DNA from: Parcubacteria group bacterium 21-54-25
GTDB taxonomy: Bacteria; Patescibacteriota; Minisyncoccia; Phycocordibacterales; Phycocordibacteraceae
Assembly (NCBI GenBank): GCA_002255585.1
Contig: NCBJ01000001.1
Location: 49,987 to 113,986, forward strand
DNA: 64,000 nt
Direction: 5' to 3'
The translations under genes were made by a program, and so were the position numbers. Below, piece by piece: positions 9,106-17,338 of this stretch (positions within the stretch are counted from its first letter, which is position 1; every line of letters begins with the position of its first letter). The notes beneath the pieces were generated by a model. It worked only from the letters and a program-made list of their open reading frames with translations, was not told the DNA's origin and made no database searches.

Positions 9106-10053
9106 ATGAACAGCAAGACATTTCTTAGCGTTGCCATTGGCTTTACTATGGCCGTGGCACCGTTTGCAGCGCCGCTCGCTTTTGCAGATGCTACCACCAC
9201 GGCGACGTCCACCGCCACCTCGACCGCCACCACCACTTCGTCTACCAGTGGTACCACTGCAACGAGCACCACTGCGACTTCGACTCAAACCACTACTGGC
9301 AGCACCGCAACTTCGACCAGCGTGACGACAACGTCAACCTCGCCAACCATCGCCTCACTTCAGGCAGAGCTCCAGAGCCTCCTCGTCGAGGTGCAGGCGC
9401 TCACTGCTAAGTTGGTCCAGGTGCGCCAGCAGGTAGCAAGCACGACGATTGCGATTCAACAACAGCTCCACGTGGGCTCCACCGGTCCAAACGTAACGCT
9501 GCTTCAGCAACTTCTTGCCGGTAATCCTTCCGTGTATCCGCAAGGTCTCGTTACCGGCTACTATGGTCCCTTGACCGAAGCGGCGGTAAAGCGCTTCCAA
9601 AAGGATCACGGCATAGAAAGCGTGGGAGACGTTGGTCCTCAGACACGCGCTGTATTAAACGCTTACTTGGCAAATGCAACGAGCACGTCTCCCCGAGCGC
9701 TGCTGCACGAGTTTGAAGCAGAGGGGTCAGCCAGCACCACAGCGAGTGGTAGCGGAGAGCCCATGGTAACGATGTGTCACCATGCAGGCCTTTCTGGAAA
9801 CAGCCAAACCATCGTTGTTGCCCAACCAGCAACGTTCGCCCACATAGAACACGGTGATAGCATTGGCGCCTGCAGTAGTGAAGGAGAGAACAGCCAAGGT
9901 AGCCAAAACAGCGATCATGGCAATGGGCAGGGTGGCGGCGAGTCAAACCACACGATGATTCCGTACACAGGCACCACGACCCAAAGCACGGCACCCTCAA
10001 CCGATAACAGCACACAACAAAGCTCAGACCACCAGTCAGGAAGCGATAACTAA
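9106..10053 (+). CDS. Secreted protein (315 aa) with signal peptide, Thr/Ser-rich linker, coiled-coil and PG_binding_1-like domain
   Basis: Signal peptide MNSKTFLSVAIGFTMAVAPFAAPLAFA. TSTAT repeats. Coiled-coil IASLQAELQSLLVEVQALTAKLVQVRQQV. Peptidoglycan-binding-like TGPNVTLLQQLLAGNPSVYPQGLVTGYYGPLTEAAVKRFQKDHG. It has the same module order as the N-terminus of the 4521-7943 protein. Confidence 0.65.
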   Translation: MNSKTFLSVAIGFTMAVAPFAAPLAFADATTTATSTATSTATTTSSTSGTTATSTTATSTQTTTGSTATSTSVTTTSTSPTIASLQAELQSLLVEVQALTAKLVQVRQQVASTTIAIQQQLHVGSTGPNVTLLQQLLAGNPSVYPQGLVTGYYGPLTEAAVKRFQKDHGIESVGDVGPQTRAVLNAYLANATSTSPRALLHEFEAEGSASTTASGSGEPMVTMCHHAGLSGNSQTIVVAQPATFAHIEHGDSIGACSSEGENSQGSQNSDHGNGQGGGESNHTMIPYTGTTTQSTAPSTDNSTQQSSDHQSGSDN

Positions 10054-10128
10054 CCCTCTCCGTTACGTCTGGGCATACTGCACACAGCGGCTTTTCGCCG
10101 CTGTGTGTGTTGTGGTATGCTCGTACCT

Positions 10129-10977
10129 ATGAGACCAAATAGAGACATTGTCATTGGTGCGGGTGCCATAGTGGTGTTTATTATCCTGCTCGTGTGGCTG
10201 CTCTCCGCGCGTGTTGCGTCGTATTCCCCGCCAAGTACCACCAGCGCGCTCGCCACCTCGACACTACCAATCGCCTCCACGACACCAGCAACAGCGACCA
10301 GCACCAGTGCTACTCGCGGCCTGGGCACGGTGACGGTTTTGCCCGTGGCAGGCACCGCGCATCTGGCAGCAAATCCAATACCGATAGATGCGCGTGACGC
10401 CATCACGTCGTGGGCGCTCCCTGGTACCGAAAGTACGACGACCAAAGCGAAACTCCAAGCGCGAATCAACACGCTGTTGGCAGACGTGGGCACGGGCCGC
10501 TATACGAACTTCAACATCTACGCGCAAATAGCGCAGAACTATGGGTTCATGGGAAACGGCTTGCAGGCGTATCGTTTTTACGTGCGCGCGGCACAAAGTG
10601 ACCCAACCGCAGGCCTGCCTTTCAGTAGCATTGGCGATCTCATGGTGCAGCTTGGTGCGTACCACACCGCCTATGCCGCGTATGGGAAATCAATCACCCT
10701 GCAACCGCGTGTCGAGCAATTTTGGCTCGCGTATCTGCGCTTCCTCGCGGCGCACGAGGCCACGGCGCCAGCAACCGCAAGCATTTTTGCCTCGGCAAAG
10801 ACCGCAACGAATAACGCGCCGAACGTGCTTATTGCCGAGGCAAACTGGCGCGCCAGCACGGGCAACATAACCGGTGCAATCACAGATTGGAAACTGGTGC
10901 GTTCGCAGGCGGGCACCGGGCAGCAGCAAGCAATCGATGTGGAAATAGCCAAGCTTGAGAAGCAGCAATCTTCCTAG
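10129..10977 (+). CDS. Membrane-anchored hypothetical protein (N-terminal TM helix, Thr/Ser-rich linker, helical repeat domain)
   Basis: ORF 10105-10977. The likely start is MRPNRDIVIGAGAIVVFIILLVWLL. No recognisable catalytic motif. Confidence 0.5.
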   Translation: MRPNRDIVIGAGAIVVFIILLVWLLSARVASYSPPSTTSALATSTLPIASTTPATATSTSATRGLGTVTVLPVAGTAHLAANPIPIDARDAITSWALPGTESTTTKAKLQARINTLLADVGTGRYTNFNIYAQIAQNYGFMGNGLQAYRFYVRAAQSDPTAGLPFSSIGDLMVQLGAYHTAYAAYGKSITLQPRVEQFWLAYLRFLAAHEATAPATASIFASAKTATNNAPNVLIAEANWRASTGNITGAITDWKLVRSQAGTGQQQAIDVEIAKLEKQQSS

Positions 10978-10980
10978 CGT

Positions 10981-11172
10981 ATGCAAGACAAACCAGAACC
11001 ATCGGCAGCGAAGATGCCGTACGTGCTTGAGTTTGCGAAATTTCTCGGCATATTTATTGTCATGATTGGTGCTGCGCTTTCTTTGCTGCATGTCATATGG
11101 GTGGCGACTCAGGGGAACCAAACCAATGCGTCCGCCGCAGTTGCACCCGCAGTGTCGAGAGGAGGGCACTAG
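10981..11172 (+). CDS. Small membrane protein (63 aa), hypothetical
   Basis: Single hydrophobic helix FLGIFIVMIGAALSLLHVIWVA. Followed by hairpin GGGCGACGCTCTGCGTCGCCC at 11199-11220. Confidence 0.35.
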   Translation: MQDKPEPSAAKMPYVLEFAKFLGIFIVMIGAALSLLHVIWVATQGNQTNASAAVAPAVSRGGH

Positions 11173-11239
11173 CACGCTACAGGTATCGCTGGGGATAACG
11201 GGCGACGCTCTGCGTCGCCCGCGGTACCATGTACCTATC

Positions 11240-12058
11240 GTGATTGATCAACAGCTCGTTGACTACGTCCGGCAGCAGCTCGCAAAGAACACGTCTCGCG
11301 AGGAGACCATAAGCGAGCTCATTGCCGCTGGCTGGGATAAAGAAGACGTAGAAGCGGCTTTTGCCGCGGTTGGTGCGACACCACCCGCACCCGCGCCCTC
11401 TCCCTACTCTGCCGCGCCGCCCTCGCAACCGCCGCAGGAGCCGCGGGCAAGTTCGCCGCACGCTCAACCCTCGCCCTCGACATTGCAAAAAGAGATTCCT
11501 TCAAAAAACGCGGAGGCCAGCACAAAGGATACCCACGTTTCAGATAAGAAAATCGTAGGAATCCTTGCTATAGCTTTTGTTGCAGCGATTTTGCTTGTTA
11601 TTGCGACATTTAAATCTTTCTCTTCTACCACTACCCCGGAAGGGGGGTTCGTTGCTGCCATGGTGATGCTGGGGCTCTTTTTGTCTATTGTGACAGGTGT
11701 TGTGGTTGTGACCATGGTCGTTGCGGTCGGAAATACGTACACATCGGTGAAAGCTCTCTCCAGCAAACGTGCCAGTAAATCGCGTGCGATAGGAAATATC
11801 CTGCTTGCGGGCGGAAGCATTGTTATTGGCGCGTGGGTTTCGTTGTTTGAACAAACGAACTCTATTGCAAAAACCCTGGACCTTCTCACCGTTGCTTTTT
11901 TGTATACCTTTGTGAAATCGGCCTGGTTTTTGATTGATTCGTCTCGTGCGAAACGCCCCGTGTCAGAAAGAATTCTTCCGTGGATTATGGTCGGAATTGG
12001 AGTCTCCGTCGTCGTTGTCTTTGTGTATAATTATTTGACCCCACCCATCCCTCTGTAA
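11240..12058 (+). CDS. Integral membrane protein with N-terminal cytoplasmic Pro-rich domain, hypothetical
   Basis: ORF 11066-12058. The upstream part overlaps the previous ORF, so a GTG start near 11240 is likely. At least four TM helices are present (ILAIAFVAAILLVIATF, VAAMVMLGLFLSIVTGVVVVTMVVAV ...). Confidence 0.45.
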   Translation: MIDQQLVDYVRQQLAKNTSREETISELIAAGWDKEDVEAAFAAVGATPPAPAPSPYSAAPPSQPPQEPRASSPHAQPSPSTLQKEIPSKNAEASTKDTHVSDKKIVGILAIAFVAAILLVIATFKSFSSTTTPEGGFVAAMVMLGLFLSIVTGVVVVTMVVAVGNTYTSVKALSSKRASKSRAIGNILLAGGSIVIGAWVSLFEQTNSIAKTLDLLTVAFLYTFVKSAWFLIDSSRAKRPVSERILPWIMVGIGVSVVVVFVYNYLTPPIPL

Positions 12059-12331
12059 TGTAGCCAACCATTCTAACGTTCCAATCTAAAATACGAACGA
12101 TAGGGAACTGCGCCTCATCTCGTAGCAGACTGCGCGCAGAAAACATACGTTCTTGATTTTAAAGAAGTCTTCCTGTATCGTATCAAACGTGCGGACCGAA
12201 GACAGCAGGCATCCATAAGCCCTGCCGAGGGACGAAATATCTGCGCACTGCGCGGATAGGTCGAAGTCTCCATGTGAAAACGGTCCCGAAAGGGGCTATT
12301 TTCATTTCAGTCTCGTACTCAAAACAACACA

Positions 12332-12829
12332 ATGGCTATCAGCAAAACAAAGAAGCAGGGCGTCGTCGCGACTATTGCGCGCGCAGTGGAAGATGCGGCG
12401 TCCGTCGTATTCGTGAGTTTCTCTGGGATTTCTGTTGCAGACACGACCACAATGCGTAAGGAGCTTCGCGACGAGGGCGTTGGTTACTACGTGGCCAAGA
12501 AGTCACTCATTCGTCACGTGCTCGATGCGCGCGGTTACACGGGCGAACTTCCCGAGCTCCCGGGTGAAATCGCTATCGTGTGGAGCGCAAGCGATGCGAC
12601 GCTTCCGGCCCGCTCAATGTACGAGCAGGGGAAGAAATACAAAGACACACTCACCATCGTTGGTGGCGTGTTCGAGAATGCTTACGTCGACGCGGCAAAG
12701 ATGCAATCGATTGCAACGATTCCACCGCTACCGGTCTTGCGTGGCATGTTCGTGAACGTAATCAATTCGCCAATCCAGGGTCTCGTGATCGCGCTTGACC
12801 ACATCCGCCAGTCAAAAGCTGCGGCGTAA
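12332..12829 (+). CDS. rplJ: 50S ribosomal protein L10
   Basis: MAISKTKKQGVVATIARAVEDAASVVFVSFSGISVADTTTMRKELRDEGVGYYVAKKSL is typical L10. It lies immediately upstream of L7/L12. Confidence 0.9.
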   Translation: MAISKTKKQGVVATIARAVEDAASVVFVSFSGISVADTTTMRKELRDEGVGYYVAKKSLIRHVLDARGYTGELPELPGEIAIVWSASDATLPARSMYEQGKKYKDTLTIVGGVFENAYVDAAKMQSIATIPPLPVLRGMFVNVINSPIQGLVIALDHIRQSKAAA

Positions 12830-12852
12830 ATTAACTCATTAAAAAAAGTACT

Positions 12853-13317
12853 ATGTCTGACGAAGTAAAAAAGGAGGAGGAGAAGGCAACTGAGGCCGCA
12901 GCCGCTCCGGAAGTATCTGCTGCTGCCGAGGAGGCAGAAGTTGAGGTGCCGGAGCAGTTCAAAAAGCTCGTAGAAACAATCGAGACCATGACGGTTCTCG
13001 AACTCTCGGAGCTTGTGAAGGTATTTGAGAAGAAGTTTGGTGTGTCGGCGTCTGCGGTTGCGGTCGCCGCACCGGGCGCCACGGCTGCTGCAGGCGAAGA
13101 GGAAAAGAGTATGGTTACGGTAGAACTTTCCGAAGTCGGCGCCAACAAAATTGCGGTCATCAAGGCCGTGAAAGAGGTGCTTGTCTTGGGGCTTAAAGAA
13201 GCAAAAGACCTCGTGGACGGCGTACCGTCCGTGCTCAAGGAGAACGTTAAGAAAGAAGACGCCGAGGTGCTCAAGAGTAAAATTGAAGCAGCAGGCGGCA
13301 AGGTTACGTTTAAATAA
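12853..13317 (+). CDS. rplL: 50S ribosomal protein L7/L12
   Basis: C-terminal domain [56 protein letters not shown] is canonical L7/L12. The N-terminus has an acidic/Ala-rich extension. Confidence 0.9.
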   Translation: MSDEVKKEEEKATEAAAAPEVSAAAEEAEVEVPEQFKKLVETIETMTVLELSELVKVFEKKFGVSASAVAVAAPGATAAAGEEEKSMVTVELSEVGANKIAVIKAVKEVLVLGLKEAKDLVDGVPSVLKENVKKEDAEVLKSKIEAAGGKVTFK

Positions 13318-13342
13318 CCTCTTGCAAGCACGATGCAAACTG

Positions 13343-13368
13343 AAAAAGCCGGCCGAGCCGGCTTTTTC
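13343..13368 (+). terminator. Rho-independent terminator after rplL
   Basis: AAAAAGCCGGCCGAGCCGGCTTTTT: GC stem, 4-nt loop and T-run. Confidence 0.75.
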
Positions 13369-13383
13369 AGTTTGTCGAGCGAT

Positions 13384-13404
13384 GAGTAAGGTTAAACCTT
13401 ACTC
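13384..13404 (-). repeat. REP palindrome copy 6 (centre TTAAA), downstream of the rplL terminator
   Basis: GAGTAAGGTTAAACCTTACTC. It sits within a 27-nt extended palindrome GATGAGTAAGGTTAAACCTTACTCATC. Confidence 0.8.
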
Positions 13405-13443
13405 ATCGTCTTATCGTGGGAACGGGCAGTATTTTGTCAAGTC

Positions 13444-14052
13444 TTGCGGGGTATTCCTGTGCAGGGGTACAATGCCGCTGTCATGGATGCTTTGGCTCGA
13501 CTTTTCTGCTCCCCCGCACGTTTAAAACTGCTCCGGCTTTTTATATTCAACGACACCGCCAATTACTCAGGGAGTGATGTCGCATTCCGCGCGAAAATAA
13601 GTTCAGCTGTCGCACGCAAAGAACTTGCTGCGCTCATGGCAGCGGGTGTCATTCGTCGCCGCGGGGAAGGTCGGGGGGTAAAATATAGTACCAACAACCG
13701 TTTCCCACATCTTGAACCACTTGCCGCATTTTTGCGTGAGACAACGGTCGTGGGTCCGCAAGAAGTGCTTGCCGCCCTGCGCAAAGCCGGCACGTTGCGT
13801 CTCGTTGTGCTCACGGGCCTCTTTTCTGGAGCCGTTGAGCCAAAGATAGACCTGCTGGTTGTGGGCGACCGGCTTGATGAGCGGATACTCGCAGGTGCCG
13901 TACACGCCATAGAAGCCGATATCGGACGGGAAATACGCTACACGATCTTTTCCACAGAAGACTTCCGCTATCGTTTTGGGGTGTACGACCGCCTTTTACG
14001 AGATATTTTTGACTACAAGCACCGCGTAATACTTGACAAGATAGGATTATAA
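13444..14052 (+). CDS. Hypothetical protein: N-terminal winged-HTH (ArsR/MarR-like) plus C-terminal nucleotidyltransferase-like fold
   Basis: ARLKLLRLFIFN...VARKELAALMAAGVIRRRGEG is HTH-like. LRLVVLTGLFSGAVEPKIDLLVVGD resembles a minimal nucleotidyltransferase G[ST]...D.D core. The assignment is weak. Confidence 0.4.
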   Translation: MRGIPVQGYNAAVMDALARLFCSPARLKLLRLFIFNDTANYSGSDVAFRAKISSAVARKELAALMAAGVIRRRGEGRGVKYSTNNRFPHLEPLAAFLRETTVVGPQEVLAALRKAGTLRLVVLTGLFSGAVEPKIDLLVVGDRLDERILAGAVHAIEADIGREIRYTIFSTEDFRYRFGVYDRLLRDIFDYKHRVILDKIGL

Positions 14053-14180
14053 CTGTCTTGTCATTATTACCGGCTATCCACAGGGGGGGTAATAAAATGC
14101 TTGTTTTCTGCTACACTTAAATAAAGCTTGGCTCGCGCCAGCTGCTTTACCCGAAATAATTAGTCTTAACACAGAAAACT

Positions 14181-14864
14181 ATGCTTCTATCGACCTGGGC
14201 AGATGTGTTGACACAGTCTTTCCAAAACATGTATTTGGGGACGGCACAATATCTACCGAATCTCGTTATCGCCATTATCATTTTCATCATCGGCTGGCTG
14301 ATTGCCGTCGTTGTTGATCGCATTGTTGTGCAAATATTCAATGCGCTTCGCATTGACCAGGCACTGCGTGCTGCTGGAACCGAACGGATTGTTGAGCGTG
14401 CTGGATTTACCCTGTCCTCAGGGAAGTTCGTCGGCGCCCTCGTGAAATGGTTCATCATCGTCATTTTCTTGGTCGCGTCACTGAATGTGCTGCACCTTGA
14501 CCAGGTGAACAACTTCCTGGATACCGTGGTACTAGGCTACCTGCCACGCGTTATCGCTGCGGTGCTCATTCTGCTCGCTGCGGGTATCCTTGCGGAAACA
14601 ATGCATCGCGTGGTTACTGGTTCTGCAAAGGCGGCTCGTCTTACTTCAGCGAACTTCCTGGGCACGGTTGCTAAGTGGTCCATCTGGGTGTTCGCAGTGC
14701 TCGCGGCGCTCTATCAATTGGAGATAGCATCGCAAATTGTTCAGACGCTCTTCCTCGGCATCGTTATCGCTATTTCGCTTGCGCTTGGCCTGGCGTTTGG
14801 ACTTGGTGGTCAGCAAGCAGCTGCTCGCTATATCGAGCATGTGCGCGAGCAGATCAAAAACTAG
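14181..14864 (+). CDS. Membrane protein with repeated conserved-TM-helix motifs (PF05552-like, mechanosensitive-channel N-domain-like)
   Basis: Four hydrophobic helices each followed by amphipathic segments. The repeated pattern is LxxxVxxxxxxIIxxIIxxIIGWLIA / VxKWxIxVxxxLAAL. Confidence 0.5.
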   Translation: MLLSTWADVLTQSFQNMYLGTAQYLPNLVIAIIIFIIGWLIAVVVDRIVVQIFNALRIDQALRAAGTERIVERAGFTLSSGKFVGALVKWFIIVIFLVASLNVLHLDQVNNFLDTVVLGYLPRVIAAVLILLAAGILAETMHRVVTGSAKAARLTSANFLGTVAKWSIWVFAVLAALYQLEIASQIVQTLFLGIVIAISLALGLAFGLGGQQAAARYIEHVREQIKN

Positions 14865-14903
14865 AGCTTCTTTCTAGTTTTCTCCACTCACTCATTTGAG
14901 CGA

Positions 14904-14937
14904 ACACACCCCGCGTGCACAAGCACGCGGGGTGTGT
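14904..14937. repeat. Perfect 15-bp-stem palindrome ACACACCCCGCGTGC-ACAA-GCACGCGGGGTGTGT
   Basis: Seen directly, 40 nt after the stop of the 14181-14864 gene. It is not followed by a T-run, so it may be a terminator, attenuator or protein-binding site. Confidence 0.5.
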
Positions 14938-15024
14938 TGTGCACATTCCCCATTGACACAACACCAATATTTCGTTACAAATAAAGACGGGAAAGCACAT
15001 AAACCAAGAACGGGAGATAAACAA

Positions 15025-15327
15025 GTGACACTACGAGACGCACAAGCGGAACTGCCATTGACAGAAGAAGAAGAGGCAGAAATTCTGCAAGAAAGTATGT
15101 ATGACTCGGGCACTGCGTCTGAAATCCTCAGAGAGGTTCCGGAGGGTCTATGCCTTTGTTGCGTGCATGCCGATCATCGAGGTCGAAATGACCTCTGTCC
15201 ATACCGGCGGCACCGAAGCGGGCACTACTTTTGTAATCAGTATCGCTTGGATGATCGAGCCCCGAGGACTCGTATCGCAGAGCGGATCTTGCGTGCTGTT
15301 AAGGCAACTAAGGCAACAACAAAATGA
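15025..15327 (+). CDS. Small hypothetical protein (about 100 aa) with possible GTG start
   Basis: SD-like GGGAGA lies 7 nt before GTG at 15025. The ORF ends 11 nt before a strong terminator. It is Cys/His-rich (CLCCVHADH...C...H) with no homology recognised. Low confidence. Confidence 0.25.
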   Translation: MTLRDAQAELPLTEEEEAEILQESMYDSGTASEILREVPEGLCLCCVHADHRGRNDLCPYRRHRSGHYFCNQYRLDDRAPRTRIAERILRAVKATKATTK

Positions 15328-15337
15328 CCACCACTCC

Positions 15338-15366
15338 GGTCGCCCGTGTACGGGCGACCTTTTTTA
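15338..15366 (+). terminator. Rho-independent terminator
   Basis: GGTCGCCCGTGTACGGGCGACCTTTTTT. Confidence 0.7.
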
Positions 15367-15546
15367 TGCGAGTTTTGTACGAAATAGTTGTGCGCGTGTC
15401 TGCTGGCAGCAGATAAGCATCCTGTGTTTAACTCTGTTGACGTCCTACCGCCTCGGGTGTTGACTGGAAATAGAGTATAAGAGTAGGGAACCCCCGGCCC
15501 ATAGCCCATCCAGTGTTTGCCACACAGCAAACAAGGAGGCGCGACC

Positions 15547-15900
15547 ATGCACAAGCTCACGCAGGACGAGGCTTTGATGCAACAAATGATTCGTTGCGCT
15601 ATGGCAGACAGGGGTACTGCGCTGCTCGTAGTCTCTATAAAGGACGGAAGAACCCCTCATGAAGCGTGTCTGTGTCCGTTCTGTGCCAACGGAGAAGGTA
15701 GGGCAGGGATGTGCCCGGTACCCGGATCGTCGGTGCTGGGGAGATGCGAACATTACGTGGCGGATCGGGACGCAGTAATTCGCGAATTCCCCACCAAGAG
15801 GAGTCTGCGAGTTCTAGAAGAAATACTAAAGAAACTGAAAACGTCCGCACGCAAAAAGCCGCAGGCGGAAGAAGAGAAACAGCCGCTCCCCTGTGTTTAG
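15547..15900 (+). CDS. Small Cys-rich protein upstream of rpmF (possibly DUF177/YceD-like)
   Basis: Strong SD AAGGAGG lies 7 nt upstream of ATG 15547. Cys cluster CLCPFC...C(x11)C. A position directly upstream of rpmF is typical of DUF177. The sequence match is weak. Confidence 0.45.
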   Translation: MHKLTQDEALMQQMIRCAMADRGTALLVVSIKDGRTPHEACLCPFCANGEGRAGMCPVPGSSVLGRCEHYVADRDAVIREFPTKRSLRVLEEILKKLKTSARKKPQAEEEKQPLPCV

Positions 15901-16016
15901 TACAAGGAGTCGGCCAATGCATATTCACTCTACATATACAAACACAAAGCAGCACTGAGCGTCGCCTACCAAGTCGGCGCTTTCTTTTTTTATTTGTCCG
16001 TGCTAAGGTACGCAAC

Positions 16017-16340
16017 ATGTCAATACGCATGCGTCACACCCGTTCGCACACTAATAACCGCCGGGCACACCACGCGCTTGCCGGTATCTCGGTCGTGGTA
16101 GACAAGGAGAGCGGCGCACTTCGACGCGCGCACCGTCTCGATGAGACGACCGGTAGCTATCGCGGCAGGGTAATTGCCACCCCAAAGAAAAAGAAAGAGC
16201 GTACGAAAGCCGAAAAACACGATCATCCGGCGCACACACACGTTGAGCCGGTTGCAGATAAGGATTCGTCGCAAAAGCCAAAGGTACTCGGTACGCACGA
16301 ACACGGCGACAGTCTTCCAACGTCACGCCGTGGCGCGTAG
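16017..16340 (+). CDS. rpmF: 50S ribosomal protein L32 (with basic C-terminal extension)
   Basis: MSIRMRHTRSHTNNRRAHHALAGISVVVDKESGALRRAHRLDETTGSYRGRVI matches the L32 consensus (M..Q.K.SRSRR..RR.H.AL......VDK.SGE.HL.HH....G.YRGR.V). Confidence 0.8.
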   Translation: MSIRMRHTRSHTNNRRAHHALAGISVVVDKESGALRRAHRLDETTGSYRGRVIATPKKKKERTKAEKHDHPAHTHVEPVADKDSSQKPKVLGTHEHGDSLPTSRRGA

Positions 16341-16435
16341 ATTTTCATACTGTGCACAAAAACAATCGTAGTGCTCTTGCGCTGCGGTTGTTTTTTGCGT
16401 ACCCTAGAAAGTGCACCGCTCTTTACATTTAAATC

Positions 16436-17338
16436 ATGGCAAACCGTCACCTTGCGCGCTCGATTATATTACAAACGCTTTTTGAATGGGATACGACACA
16501 CGCATCCCTTGATAGTGCGCGCGATATCCTCGCTCGAAACCGAGAAGAATTTGGTGGAGACGACACTGATAACCCGTTTATGGAGAAGCTCCTCACGGGA
16601 GTGCTTGCTAAGCACGGGGATCTCGACCTCATTATTGCCAAAGCGGCACCAGAGTGGCCGCTTGAAAAAATCGCGCCAATTGACCGCAACGTACTACGCC
16701 TCGGTCTTTACGAGCTTCTCTTTGCAGACCGCGCACAGGTGCCAGCAAAAGTTGCTATTAACGAAGCCATCGAACTTGCTAAAGCGTTTGGCGGTGATTC
16801 GTCGGGCCGTTTCGTGAACGGTGTTCTCGGCGCAGTGTATAAAGAAATCGGCGAGCCCGGGAAAGATGAAATCGGGAAAAAACGCACACCGCCTGCTGAA
16901 ATGCCGCTTGAGACGCTGGGCGGTGCTATCGTGTACACACAGCACGAGGGGCAATACTATCTCGCGCTTGTGCATGATGTGTTCGGACACTGGACTCTCT
17001 CCAAAGGACATATCGAACATGACTCCTCACCAGAGTTGGGCGTTGCGCGGGTCATCACTGAAGAACTTGGGCTTTCTGGTTCGGTTGAGGGACTTATTGG
17101 AGAAAACGAATACATTGCATCACACCCAGAGAAAGGGAAGACACGTAAGCACGTGTACTTTTTTCTCGTTAGCGCAAGTTTTGAGCCATTAACGCTGAAA
17201 AAAACCGGCGGTCTCGATGACGCGAAATGGTTTAAGCTCGCCGATATTCTTGACCTCAACTTCTATGATGATATGCTCCCCATCGTTACGGCGGGTGTGC
17301 AGAAGATTCTCGACCACGCACGCGCCGCAACGCGATAA
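16436..17338 (+). CDS. nusB: NusB-like antitermination domain fused to a NUDIX hydrolase domain
   Basis: The N-terminal 140 aa (RSIILQTLFEWD...IDRNVLRLGLYELLF...KVAINEAIELAKAFGGDSSGRFVNGVLGAV) is NusB-like. The C-terminal half has Nudix box GHIEHDSSPELGVARVITEELGL (G-x5-E-x7-REUxEExGU). Confidence 0.7.
   Translation: MANRHLARSIILQTLFEWDTTHASLDSARDILARNREEFGGDDTDNPFMEKLLTGVLAKHGDLDLIIAKAAPEWPLEKIAPIDRNVLRLGLYELLFADRAQVPAKVAINEAIELAKAFGGDSSGRFVNGVLGAVYKEIGEPGKDEIGKKRTPPAEMPLETLGGAIVYTQHEGQYYLALVHDVFGHWTLSKGHIEHDSSPELGVARVITEELGLSGSVEGLIGENEYIASHPEKGKTRKHVYFFLVSASFEPLTLKKTGGLDDAKWFKLADILDLNFYDDMLPIVTAGVQKILDHARAATR

Noticed and set aside
15711-16016. Upstream extension of ORF 15711-16340 as a 209-aa protein
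   Set aside because: Only the last 108 aa match ribosomal protein L32. The upstream part overlaps the SD-supported 15547-15900 CDS in another frame.
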